Assembly: GCA_964019335.1 (NCBI GenBank)
Contig: OZ025679.1
Coordinates: forward strand, 496,001-560,000
Reading direction: 5' to 3'
Length of the DNA stretch: 64,000 bases
Source: Diplonema japonicum
Taxonomy: Eukaryota > Protista > Euglenozoa: Diplonemea
This document shows, one piece after another, positions 34,410 to 44,756 of the stretch (positions are counted from its first letter, which is position 1; every line of letters begins with the position of its first letter). The position numbers and the translations under genes are program-made. The notes below the pieces were generated by a model, which saw only the letters and a list, made by a program, of their open reading frames with translations, made no database searches and was not told the DNA's origin.

Positions 34410-37097
34410 ATGGATTTGGGGAAATACCTCAGGACTGAAGGGAAACAAGAGCATGGGACGATTCTGTACAGGAGGCTGGCGTTGCTGCCAGGGTTGTGTG
34501 ATGGGTCGAATGGGGTGCCATCTGCTGCAGTGCTGAGGGGGCATCCACCAGTGCCGCCGGACGAGGAAACACAGTGCTTCCGGAGGGATTATATGCATAA
34601 ATTGGCACCCCCGAAAAGACCAAAGTCATCTGGGGTAAGAAGTGACACGACCACACTAAAGCAGGGGTTAAAGAGAAAAGTACTGCCGGGTAGTGCAGTC
34701 ATACCTGAACACAAGAAGCCGCCCATGAGGAACGAGACACCAGAAGAGAAAGTGTTGAATGGATTTGAGCGTCTGCACGAAGCTATCTGCAACACGGTGA
34801 CAAACCTAGCCAACTGCAGGAACTTCGACATCTCCGGCTCTTTTGAACGGCTTGCGTATCACATCAGAGGTTACACACACTCATATGACTCCGAACGGCT
34901 GTTGGGCCTTCTGAACACCTTCTTGTCTGACCCAGATGTCGACACCTCGAAAGCAGGGACTGCACGCTTGGCCCTTTTCTTCCTTGACCACGTCTTCTAC
35001 CTCATAAACTCTCTCCACCCCTGCCTCAAGAAGGTCCTCTGTTGGTGCCGACAAGAACTCTGTGACGCTCTGTACTGTCCCGTTACCAACATCGACATCA
35101 AAGACATGGGCACACCCGAGAGCGAGATGGACAAGGACACCTTCGCTGGTGTTCCTAAGATGCCCAGCGAGCGATCCTCCGAGCAGGCCATCATCGGCAA
35201 CATCGATTTCATGAAAGCTACCATCACAGCGTATCGTGGGCGGCTTAACTTCGAGGACAACACAATGCTGCAGGACGGGCTCAAAGCAAAGCATCAGCTG
35301 ATAAAAGAGGAACGAGAATACACGATGCGGTTGTTGGAGGCCGAAAAGAGCGTTTGCATGTATTGGAAAAGGGCAACAAAGGGGCGGTTGTTCTATGGCT
35401 GGCGGAACATTATTCAGACGCAAAAAAAAGAAAAGCGAAGAGCGGAAGACAAACTACTGCTTGAGCGCGAATTGGCACTATCTAAAAGGGCCACACAAGA
35501 GCAAATTAAGGTGCGCGCCCGTGTTGAGGCAAGCCTTTATGAGGAGATGGCCAAACTGGACAGCAAAGTAACGCAGTCGCTGAGTACTATCGCAGATTTG
35601 GAGCATCAGTTGCAGAATGAAAAGGACACACTGAAGGATATACATAGACAGCTGTTCCAGCATAAAGCCGAGCAAGTGCTGCTGCGCGACAGGCTGAAAC
35701 GCAACATTCTAAAACTCGAGAAGTCCCAAGAAAAAGAGCAGCAGGCTTGCCTCGAACTACAAACCATCCGGACACAAACGAAGGAATTACAAGAATCCAC
35801 AAAGCAGTACGACGCGATGCTTGATGCTTGCAAGTCCACGATCGCGAAAACTAGGATGCATAGCAGCGTCCTAAAGGTATCCTTGGGGCATGGCCTCTTG
35901 CCTCGCTGGTTGATATCTGTCTTTGGAACAATACATGTCGAGGACACCCTTTGTGATAAGTTGGTAGTTTGGCTTCGGCAGATCTTCCCCACAAAGGTGA
36001 GCGAACAATGCGTGCTGAAGGTGCAGAATGCGGAGGATGACATCGAGAAATCGAGGCTGATGTACGAAGTGATAAGGAACATAGGGGGCGACGCGACTCC
36101 ATTCCATCGAAACTCGTTCATGTTCCCTGTTCATACTACACTGATGCCCAACATCGTAGCGATGGTGCTGTCCATTGCGTGCGCGCCGACGGAGGGGATG
36201 TGGGATGACGACGACAACATACCCGACGCAGAGGTGGTGGAGCAGCTGCTGGAAGCAGCCAAGAACGTGCGGTACAGTAGCGAGGTGATGAAATGTGTGG
36301 TGAAGGACTTGATACGATGGCCAAAAGGTGGGATGGGCAGTGTTCTAAGCTGCAAGAACCCGAGCGAGTGGATGCCCAATGAGACGTATCTAAAGATGCA
36401 CAAGTACGTGCCGTCCGGTGGGATGCAATGCCTTGAGAACCGCGTAGCGGAATACTCATACGAGCTGTCCGAGGTACGCGAGGCGTATTCCACAGTGATT
36501 TTTATGCGGGACTCTGTGTTTGATTTGGTGAACGACGCAGATTTCAGTGTTGACGGGCAGAAGCATGCAATGGACGCCCTCCCCCCAGGAGTGAACGAGG
36601 AGATTCTCCCTAGATGCCTCTCTACTGCTTTAACATGTGCCGCAGTCATCATGTACCCGCAGGTCCCGCCTGACGAAGCCTTCGAGCTTATTATGCACGA
36701 GCATGTCATGCGCAGCTGCAAGGGTCTTAAAGATGTAAACTTTGGAAGCGCGTTCCTGCTGTACCGACCGCAGTTGTCGTTTCTGTATTCGAAGCTAGGT
36801 CCCAACATCCGTTTTGGGAAGATAAAAAGCTTCGTCGCCTCCAAGGATCTCCTTGTAGAGGACTCGGAAGACACGTTTGACAAGCTGACGCCTACCGTGC
36901 TCAAGAAGGTCTTTGATCACTCCCTGAGGCCCGGTGAGTTCATCGGGGGAAACGATCCGGCACTTGACTTTCATCATTTCCTCGTGTTCCTTGTTCATGT
37001 GTCGCAGGTCCTCTACCCCCTCCCGACGCTGTCCATCTCCACAAAAGTAAAGATGCTTCTTAAGAACCACATTGCAAATCGTTATCTTAAAACATGA
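34410..37097 (+). CDS. Hypothetical 895-aa protein with central coiled coil and possible degenerate EF-hand-like C-terminus
   Basis: Long uninterrupted ORF; C-terminal LDFHHFLVFLVHVS pattern (weak). Confidence 0.7.
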   Translation: MDLGKYLRTEGKQEHGTILYRRLALLPGLCDGSNGVPSAAVLRGHPPVPPDEETQCFRRDYMHKLAPPKRPKSSGVRSDTTTLKQGLKRKVLPGSAVIPEHKKPPMRNETPEEKVLNGFERLHEAICNTVTNLANCRNFDISGSFERLAYHIRGYTHSYDSERLLGLLNTFLSDPDVDTSKAGTARLALFFLDHVFYLINSLHPCLKKVLCWCRQELCDALYCPVTNIDIKDMGTPESEMDKDTFAGVPKMPSERSSEQAIIGNIDFMKATITAYRGRLNFEDNTMLQDGLKAKHQLIKEEREYTMRLLEAEKSVCMYWKRATKGRLFYGWRNIIQTQKKEKRRAEDKLLLERELALSKRATQEQIKVRARVEASLYEEMAKLDSKVTQSLSTIADLEHQLQNEKDTLKDIHRQLFQHKAEQVLLRDRLKRNILKLEKSQEKEQQACLELQTIRTQTKELQESTKQYDAMLDACKSTIAKTRMHSSVLKVSLGHGLLPRWLISVFGTIHVEDTLCDKLVVWLRQIFPTKVSEQCVLKVQNAEDDIEKSRLMYEVIRNIGGDATPFHRNSFMFPVHTTLMPNIVAMVLSIACAPTEGMWDDDDNIPDAEVVEQLLEAAKNVRYSSEVMKCVVKDLIRWPKGGMGSVLSCKNPSEWMPNETYLKMHKYVPSGGMQCLENRVAEYSYELSEVREAYSTVIFMRDSVFDLVNDADFSVDGQKHAMDALPPGVNEEILPRCLSTALTCAAVIMYPQVPPDEAFELIMHEHVMRSCKGLKDVNFGSAFLLYRPQLSFLYSKLGPNIRFGKIKSFVASKDLLVEDSEDTFDKLTPTVLKKVFDHSLRPGEFIGGNDPALDFHHFLVFLVHVSQVLYPLPTLSISTKVKMLLKNHIANRYLKT

Positions 37098-37173
37098 CGT
37101 TTACACGTCTTGCTTTTCGTCACGAGCTTGTCCGCTTTCCTGTCTGCTTTGGGTGACTGTCTAACAGGTTCAG

Positions 37174-38391
37174 ATGCCAGCGAAAAATGAGAGGCGGCCT
37201 TATCGAATACGAAAGACCAGTGCAGAGCCGGTGACGGCTGCTGGCAGAAAGCACAAGCTCAGGTTGCTTCAGCAGGAAGCCGAAGAGTGCCTCACTCGCT
37301 TAGGGGAGGAATGGATGGAGAGCTTGGTGAATGCCAATCAGAAAGAATCATCGCGACTGGGGTCCTGCCAGGTGTTCCCATCTGCACATGAGTGCAATGA
37401 GGCATTCCCGCATAATATCCCGAGGCAGTACCCTTTTCCCATTCTCCCGGGATATCCTTATGAAGAAAGGGAGATGGCTTGCCCAACACCTCCTACACCC
37501 GCTTCTCGCAAGCCCCGCCCTTCGTCAGCAAGGTTGTTCAAAGAGGATCTCCGGCAGATTGCGCACAGCACACGCAGCTTCTCATGCTGCAGCACTCAAG
37601 GCAGCTTTGCAAACACTGAGTCCACTGAGATCGCTCCTGTCGTCAAGCGCTTCAACCCGTTCGTCTCCTCGCTCGGCGTCTTCGACCTCGAGCAGCAGGA
37701 CCCAGCCCTGCGTGAGAAGAACAGGAAGTTGAAACAAGAGGATATCGAGTGGGAGAGGAAAAAGCAAGCAGCAAAATTCGCAGAGCGACGACTCAAACAT
37801 CTTTGCTGGCGGGAGGATCTTATCAGCAGACACAAAGCCAAAATGAAGGCAAGATTCCAAAAAGCGCTTCTAAGGAGAGAACCCCATGCCATAGAGAAAT
37901 TGAATGAGGTGTTGCTCGAGCTTGTAGACATGCAAGCTGCAAAACAAGAAGGCAGCAGGTGTGCACCCTCTTCAGCAACAAAGGATATAACGGAAGGAGT
38001 GCAGCTGTATGCGTTGGGGGACACAATCAAAGAAGGGGTGATCGAGCTGCTCCGAAAAGGTAACACGGAAGCGAGCAGTGAAGAGGTACCACGTAGGAAA
38101 TCCCGAGTTACAGGTGCCCTGCTCAGTCCTGCACCGCCCTTGGAGATGAAGAGACGTAACAGGTATGAACCTTACATGTTGTGAACCAGCCACAGTTCGG
38201 GGCAACTTCTTGAAGCTGACCAGCTTGTCCGGCCGCGCCCAGCAAAGTTTGTCTCGGAAAGGTCTGAGCAGATGGTTGTAGCTGCTCGCAAGCACTTGAT
38301 TCCGCTGGGTTCTGAGCTTTCTCCGCCCTGGGAGATGACAGCAGCAGAAACAATCTCTGAGTTAGACGCATTTGACCTCCGCAGAAATTAG
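37174..38391 (+). CDS. Hypothetical protein; exons 37174-38162 and 38196-38391
   Basis: A 33-nt intron (GTATGA...CACAG) contains the track's stop; the frame continues SGQLLEADQLVRPRP... to TAG 38391. Confidence 0.65.
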
Positions 38392-38468
38392 TGCGCTTTC
38401 CAGTGTTCAGAATTTCAGCAGATCGGTTTTATTTTTCCTTACTTCCAGACTGACACAACAGGGCAGCC

Positions 38469-39962
38469 ATGATAGTTGTCCTTACGACAGTGCTCGCTTC
38501 GTGTTTCGAAAGAGATGTTGACTATGGTGTTGGGAACAGCCTCATTAGCCGTGGCTCGAGGCACGCCGACACCCCTGAGGATTGCCAGCAGCAGTGTCAA
38601 GAGCTGCAGACGTGCTTCAGATGGACATGGAACGCAGGCGAATGCAGTTTCAAGAGGGACCTGGTGAAGCGGGCGCCCGACACGTACTGGGAAATGGCGC
38701 CGAATTTCCCAACACATCCTGCACCTGTACAGGGTGCCGTGTCTGGACCGAAGACCTGCCCAGCACAACAGTTATGGACCAGGGGCGAAATGTTGCAGGA
38801 GATTTCAGACCTCCATACCTGTAGCTTTAAAGGCCTTGACGAGGTGAACACTATCCTCAAGCGCTGTGTGAAGAAGTCCGTGTTTGCACACTGGCAGGTT
38901 GCTCATGCGATGTCCACACATGGCAGGACGTATCCGAGGAAAGAATGGGAAAACTGCTCCTCCGAGCGGCGCATGTGCCGTTGCTACACCAAAGCTAGGT
39001 ATGGGCATGACGGGAACTGGGTAGAGTTGGACCTGTCAGGCTCCATCGACGGTGTCAGATGCGTCGCAAAAAGCTTTCCGAATTTACAAAAGGATACCGG
39101 CAGGGTGATTCCTAGAAGATGCGAATGCGCCACCTCCAAAGCAGAGATGGCTGCGTCGCATGATGCGACGTTCTTGGGTATTTCGATGCAACGGGCCACT
39201 CCCTTCGATGAGTGTGACATACCCCTGGGCATGATTTCAAAGAAGCTCGATGCTCTGTCAGTGGGATGGGGTGAGACCGCCATCCACATGGTGCTAGGGC
39301 TTGTTTCGCATTGCTTTGATCTTCCGAAGTGGGTGAGCGTGGGTTCATGGAAGCAGGATGCGAAGGGATACAGGTTGCCGTGTGGCAGCCTGACAGGATT
39401 CCCTTTTCAGAGCTACGATGACAACAACAACTATGGGCTGATCTACTCGCAGCGCATCAACCACTGGAGGTGGATGCCTATGAACATCTCGTCTGACGTA
39501 CGGGAAGCCATCAAAGAGCTGTTTGGTGTCGAGGCGCCTCCACAGCTTCCGGGCGGACCCAGAGGGAACCCCGACATTGCGAACTGGAGCACATACGCGT
39601 GGACGCACCACTGCTGCCAGTACATGGCGTTCACAAAAGTAGCGCAGACTAGCTTTGCCCAGTTTTTCACACTTGTCACAATGCAGGTTGCCAAAACAAG
39701 TTCTACTTCCGCTTCAGCTGCCTACTGCTTCCTGTGGAAATCCGAAGGCTGCCTGCCAAGGTGGTACGGCTACCTTGGTGAGGCACTCTTCATTCTTTGG
39801 AGTTACTATACCCAGCAGTTAGTCCCACTCGCTCCCGGCTCGTCCGAAGCCCAGTGTGAAAATAACATAGTTTCAACACATAAGTTATACGGCGAGCTTT
39901 CCCACGGTAGCATCAACATCGTTTTCGAATCATGGGTTCGCAGCATCAGCGATAAGGAATAA
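38469..39962 (+). CDS. Secreted or signal-anchored PAN/Apple-domain protein with a second Cys-rich module and an unknown C-terminal domain
   Basis: Hydrophobic N-terminus; TPEDCQQQCQELQTCFRWTWNAGECSFK...GAVSGPKTC is PAN/Apple; then CRCYTKARYG...W...C...F...RRCEC. Confidence 0.72.
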   Translation: MIVVLTTVLASCFERDVDYGVGNSLISRGSRHADTPEDCQQQCQELQTCFRWTWNAGECSFKRDLVKRAPDTYWEMAPNFPTHPAPVQGAVSGPKTCPAQQLWTRGEMLQEISDLHTCSFKGLDEVNTILKRCVKKSVFAHWQVAHAMSTHGRTYPRKEWENCSSERRMCRCYTKARYGHDGNWVELDLSGSIDGVRCVAKSFPNLQKDTGRVIPRRCECATSKAEMAASHDATFLGISMQRATPFDECDIPLGMISKKLDALSVGWGETAIHMVLGLVSHCFDLPKWVSVGSWKQDAKGYRLPCGSLTGFPFQSYDDNNNYGLIYSQRINHWRWMPMNISSDVREAIKELFGVEAPPQLPGGPRGNPDIANWSTYAWTHHCCQYMAFTKVAQTSFAQFFTLVTMQVAKTSSTSASAAYCFLWKSEGCLPRWYGYLGEALFILWSYYTQQLVPLAPGSSEAQCENNIVSTHKLYGELSHGSINIVFESWVRSISDKE

Positions 39963-40085
39963 GCCAGGGCCAATAAATGTAGACTATCCTCCAAGAAGAG
40001 AGGCCTTTTTTGTTTTTGTTTTTGTTTGGACGGCAGTTGCTTCTTTGCGCTTGTCCCTTTTTCTAAACACACAAAAGCTTATAAG

Positions 40086-41063
40086 ATGGTGTCGAGGCCT
40101 AAGTCTGCTAACCCCGAATATGATAAGGTTTTCCATGCTTGGAATTCAGAGGAGAGCGCCGATGCTAAAGACGCGCCACAGGTGCTGTGGGCCAGCGACA
40201 GCGGCGGCGTCGACCATAATATGATACTCAGGCCGCGCACGTCCAATCCTGTTAGGGACAAAACAGACTCGGTCTCCCGTTCTATTAAGAAATGTGACTC
40301 GCCACCTGAGGTGTTGTGGGCAGACGTGTGTCCCGATAACGTGGTAGTGGCAAGGCCGCCTACTTCAAACCCAAAACTAGATGCCATCTTCGTGGACGAC
40401 AGCGATACACCAACGCAAAACACTTGTGGGACAGGGGTGCTGTGGTCTTCTGAGGGGAGCGTGTCGCCCGATCTCGTGACACGGCCACACACATACAATG
40501 CGCAGCTGGACCCTGATCACAAAGCAGCGGCAGCAACAGAACCTGTCACGTCGTCGCCCACGGGGATATTATGGTCTAGTTACAGCAACATTGAGACAGA
40601 GCTGCTTGCCCGGCCACACGCACATAATTCACAGCTCGGTGATACGAACAGCACAGGAGCGGTGATGCAGGAAGGATCAGAAGTCGTGTGGTCCTCGGAA
40701 AACAATGTGAGTACTGATGTAATACGCCCACATAGTGCGGAGCCTCGCGAGCATGCTGATACACACATTGGGTCATGTAGGCCGAGCACCGCACCGCTGC
40801 CAGCTAAGCTGAAGTCAGCTGCGCTGCTAGAGAATGCGGAGGGCAACGAAGACATGCTGATGAAGGTCTTCAGCCAGCTATTGCCCGATACGAATACACG
40901 TACTGTGAGCAAGAAAGAGTTTTGCAGATTTTACTCGTCACTGGAGCACTTCGGTGCACCACACAACGCAGCAGCACTATGCTCGAAGTTCAATAGGAAC
41001 GGCACCGACAGGTTACACTTTGAAGAGTTTGCCATCATCATGCTCAGATGGTGCAGCAGGTGA
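40086..41063 (+). CDS. Protein with ~5 tandem ~43-aa repeats and a C-terminal EF-hand-like pair
   Basis: Repeats VLW[AS]S...RPxTxNP; DTNTRTVSKKEF and NRNGTDRLHFEEF are EF-like loops. Confidence 0.7.
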   Translation: MVSRPKSANPEYDKVFHAWNSEESADAKDAPQVLWASDSGGVDHNMILRPRTSNPVRDKTDSVSRSIKKCDSPPEVLWADVCPDNVVVARPPTSNPKLDAIFVDDSDTPTQNTCGTGVLWSSEGSVSPDLVTRPHTYNAQLDPDHKAAAATEPVTSSPTGILWSSYSNIETELLARPHAHNSQLGDTNSTGAVMQEGSEVVWSSENNVSTDVIRPHSAEPREHADTHIGSCRPSTAPLPAKLKSAALLENAEGNEDMLMKVFSQLLPDTNTRTVSKKEFCRFYSSLEHFGAPHNAAALCSKFNRNGTDRLHFEEFAIIMLRWCSR

Positions 41064-41359
41064 TGTATTCTTTCATCAGACTTTCGCATAACGTTGAAGA
41101 ACGAGGGGCGTTTTCGCCTTCCGGATGAGACCCGCCCCTTTCGAAAGCTCGTGTAATATACTTGCATCATGAAGTGCCAAATTAAAAATAGATTGCATGG
41201 CACCTGTTGTCCACAGCCTGTGGCGAAGGTCAGAAAAACAAGGTCCAAAAAGCCTATGGAGACACGTACAGCGGACACTGTAGCTTAGGATACTTTGTGG
41301 CGTGTTTATTATTATCACCTGCCTTTGTGTTCACATTGACATCTTCCATTACAGGTAGC

Positions 41360-44300
41360 ATGAGTGATGACGAAAAGGAGGCTGTAGCTGAACAATATAC
41401 CCCTCCTCCTGAATGGGTGGAGCACCCCCTCGGGCCACCTCCGGCACGAAAGATGGAAGATGCTGAAAAGCATTCTGATCAGGCGCAGGAAGAGTCGCTA
41501 AGCCTTCCTCCTATCCCTTCTCAGCCTGGAACACCGAAACCGGAGTCACCTAGTTCAGCACGCCCTCCACTGCGCCTCCCACGTGTTGAGTCTTCAGCAA
41601 GCATTCAGGACACTGCAGAAGTGGCAAGGCGCGAAAGCATAGCGGACATCCGAGACAGGAACAACATGTCTGCTGATCAACAGGGGCAAGAAGCAGAAAA
41701 GATACAGCAAGGGGAGAGTGGTGTACATGGAGTGGTTAGTGGCGCAGAAGAAGAGACGCAAGGCACGACTGGTGGGGTAGAACCTTCTTCTCATGAAACT
41801 CAAAACGGGACAGAGCAAGTCGACCTGATTAAGCAGGTACAGGAGAAAGAACATGAAAGCACCCAAAAAACAGATGAAGAAGGTGTGGAAACTGATGGAG
41901 TAGACCATGTTGGGGATGCTAGTCCACTGGACGCAAGCGAGGGTCAACAACAGCTGCCTGCGGAGATTCCTAAAGAGAAGAGCCCCCCCAGTTCTCCTGA
42001 CTCCCTTTCCGGGATCGACCCCTCTCTCGCTGCACGCTTTGACAACACTATTCCCACGGGCAACACAATACCCAGGGACACCCCTCCAGTGTCTCCTGTC
42101 CCTGACTCTGACCTCACTGAAGACGTTGCTGACAGGTCGACAGAAAGGAAAAATGTCATCCCTACAGGGAACACCATTCCTAGGGACGGTATCTCCGACA
42201 CGCCTGCTCCTCGCGGTACATATGAAATCGAAGAAAGGGCAGAAATCGAAGAAGGTGCGGAAGTGGAAACAGAGAAGGGTGAGCCCAGGTCCCTGGAAGT
42301 GACACAAGGGCATGAAGACAGCACAACACCTGTGGCAGTTGCAGAGCCGTGTGAGGAGGCTGCCGTCAGCAGCGCACCTTTCGTTCAAAAAGAATCCCCT
42401 GATTCAGATAAGAGAGAAGTGGGTGAGGAACGAGTACTACGTGCAGCTGAAGGGGTACTGTTGTCAAGAGATAGTGTCGAAAAGAAGGAGCAGGAGAAGG
42501 AACAAATGAGCGTGTGCAGCAGCGCGAAGCCGTCGGAAACTGACAAGGGCGAGGAAGAAGACTTTGCCGTGCACCATGTGCTGAAGGATGTCAACGACGA
42601 AGCAGTCCAACACAAGTCCGACACACAACCGCAAGCATCGAATGTAGCACGCGAGGGGGTGAAGCCTCTCGACGACAAGACGTTCCACACTTCAGAACCT
42701 CGAGAACCCATGCACTGGACCATACCTAACACGATCCCAGGCGAGGACAGGAAGGCACCTGTGCAGCAGTGGAGGTCTGAACCAAAGCCACCAAGCTACG
42801 GGATGTTCACTCTCTTGCCTATCGGCGACGACGAAGATTCCAAAGAGCAACGCAAGAGACTCTTTGAGGAGTTCGACATGACAGGCACAGGGAAGCTATG
42901 CTTAGCAGAGATCAGCAAGGGTGTTCGCGACGTGCTGCAACTGGACGAAGTGTTCACAGAATGCAAATACGCAGTGATGACTGCCTTTAGGTCGGGCACA
43001 AAGGACAGCAGCGACGGTTTGGTGTCAAAAAAGCAGTTTCGGACTGTACTGTGTATGTTGCAGAGTTACTTGGACTTGTACAAACTCTTCCTGTCTATGA
43101 CGGTGGGAGAGACCGTCACGCTACGGTCGTGGTGTGCGTCAGCTGACAGGCTAGCGGCACATGGAATATCCATCACGCAGCCCGAGGCGGACTTCAGCAG
43201 AATTACGGGTGGGCGGACTGAAATGTATTTCAGTGAGTTTGCGGAGTGGGCTGTTGAACAGGACACCCTGCAGCCGTCGCCTGTGGTGGCGCCTACACCG
43301 GTGAGGTTCCATGAGCGGCCTCTTTCGCAGAGTCCATCGCCAAGACCTGCGTCGCGCGGTCTTTCACCAGCCAAAAGGTCTGGTGCAACGCACGCAGTGC
43401 AGAGTGGCATCAACACTGGTGGCGGTGGCGGTGACTGGACTGTGAGGTTCTACAAAGGTCAGGATACATTGGGTGCTTATGGGGATATCTATCAGGTGCA
43501 CGATACAATAGCAGGAGAGCAGAGTGGGGTGGCGGAGGGGAATTATTTGGTGTTGCAACCTGTAATAGCAGAGGCACTGCTACCCGTAGCTTCTTCGTTG
43601 GCCATTTCCAAAGCGGGTTTCATCAAGAAGATGATTGGCAAGCAGTACGCTCAGATCCTTTGTACGGACCCTGATGCGCGGCGGTTATTCCTCCGGTCCT
43701 ACGAGCTTCTCTTGAGCTGTCTTGGTATCACTGTTGACACGGTGTCGGGCACGGCCGTCAACGAGGAAAACAGGTTCCACATCATCGTTACGAGACGCTC
43801 TTTGAATTTCAAGAAGCTCATTACGAGGATTCTACACTCACTTTCCGCATTTGGTCTCCCGCAGTTCCGTCTCCCGCTGCTGAGCATGCTAGTAGATGAG
43901 ATGTCAGTGACAAAGAGCCTTGAGGGGTGCAAGGATGTGTGTCGGTCACAGTGGATACCTGTCTTGGAGGATGGGCGAGAGAAAGATATGTTGTTTACAA
44001 GACTTAACATGATCGGGAAAAAAAGCAAAGCAGGCGCTGGGGTCAACGCAGCACGGAGGGCTAGGAAGCTCCTTGCGCGCACCCCATCGCCTCCTGTCGT
44101 GCGCGACATGAGCAGCAGCAGAACGTTGCCGCAACGCCGTCACGTGTCTGAATCACCAGCTAAGGGTCTCGGGCGTGCGCCGGTCCTAGGAGAGTTTCAG
44201 AGGCCTGTGACAAGCAGTGGGAAGTTGTCAAGCACGTACTCCACAACTGTGAAAGCAGCACCCGTTTCTGTGCCAGTGCAGCGACCGCAATCTAGCAGGA

Positions 44301-44635
44301 CGCCAGCTGGTATGCAGCGAGAGGCTAAGCTACCCATTCGCCTTGAAGAAGACGAAGAACACTACCGCCTCTTGGTGCTGGGCACACCCGACAGAGTGCG
44401 TGTGGTGATCAGCCTGATGAGTCTGCAGATAAGAATTCTTCCCGCTGCGCTTGAACAAAACACCACCTCGAACACCGTTCTGATTGACGACTTACGCGAC
44501 TTCTGTGAGTGCGGCACTCGTGTCGTTCCTCTTGCCTCGCCTATACGCCCTGAAGCTGCTGTGAAAGAGTCTTGGGGCACGAGACATACAATATTCACCT
44601 TCAAGAAAGTTCCCGATCACACGACCGAGCTATAG
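41360..44635 (+). CDS. Fusion protein: acidic disordered N-terminus, flagellar Ca-binding protein (calflagin)-like EF-hand domain, OGFr-like domain, C-terminal beta domain
   Basis: ATG 41360 after TACAG. RKRLFEEFDMTGTGKLCLAEISKGVRDVLQLDE...FRTVLCMLQSYLDL resembles trypanosomatid FCaBP; FLRSYELLLSCLGI...LITRILHSLSAFGL resembles OGFr_N. Confidence 0.7.
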   Translation: MSDDEKEAVAEQYTPPPEWVEHPLGPPPARKMEDAEKHSDQAQEESLSLPPIPSQPGTPKPESPSSARPPLRLPRVESSASIQDTAEVARRESIADIRDRNNMSADQQGQEAEKIQQGESGVHGVVSGAEEETQGTTGGVEPSSHETQNGTEQVDLIKQVQEKEHESTQKTDEEGVETDGVDHVGDASPLDASEGQQQLPAEIPKEKSPPSSPDSLSGIDPSLAARFDNTIPTGNTIPRDTPPVSPVPDSDLTEDVADRSTERKNVIPTGNTIPRDGISDTPAPRGTYEIEERAEIEEGAEVETEKGEPRSLEVTQGHEDSTTPVAVAEPCEEAAVSSAPFVQKESPDSDKREVGEERVLRAAEGVLLSRDSVEKKEQEKEQMSVCSSAKPSETDKGEEEDFAVHHVLKDVNDEAVQHKSDTQPQASNVAREGVKPLDDKTFHTSEPREPMHWTIPNTIPGEDRKAPVQQWRSEPKPPSYGMFTLLPIGDDEDSKEQRKRLFEEFDMTGTGKLCLAEISKGVRDVLQLDEVFTECKYAVMTAFRSGTKDSSDGLVSKKQFRTVLCMLQSYLDLYKLFLSMTVGETVTLRSWCASADRLAAHGISITQPEADFSRITGGRTEMYFSEFAEWAVEQDTLQPSPVVAPTPVRFHERPLSQSPSPRPASRGLSPAKRSGATHAVQSGINTGGGGGDWTVRFYKGQDTLGAYGDIYQVHDTIAGEQSGVAEGNYLVLQPVIAEALLPVASSLAISKAGFIKKMIGKQYAQILCTDPDARRLFLRSYELLLSCLGITVDTVSGTAVNEENRFHIIVTRRSLNFKKLITRILHSLSAFGLPQFRLPLLSMLVDEMSVTKSLEGCKDVCRSQWIPVLEDGREKDMLFTRLNMIGKKSKAGAGVNAARRARKLLARTPSPPVVRDMSSSRTLPQRRHVSESPAKGLGRAPVLGEFQRPVTSSGKLSSTYSTTVKAAPVSVPVQRPQSSRTPAGMQREAKLPIRLEEDEEHYRLLVLGTPDRVRVVISLMSLQIRILPAALEQNTTSNTVLIDDLRDFCECGTRVVPLASPIRPEAAVKESWGTRHTIFTFKKVPDHTTEL

Positions 44636-44756
44636 CCGTTTTGCATGCTGTATTTTGTATTCTTTTTTTTTTTGCCGCTAGTTCTTGTTGCTTTGTTTCG
44701 TTGCTTTTGTACCCCGCACCCTGCGGCTAGTCACTGACCACACCACAGCCTTCACA

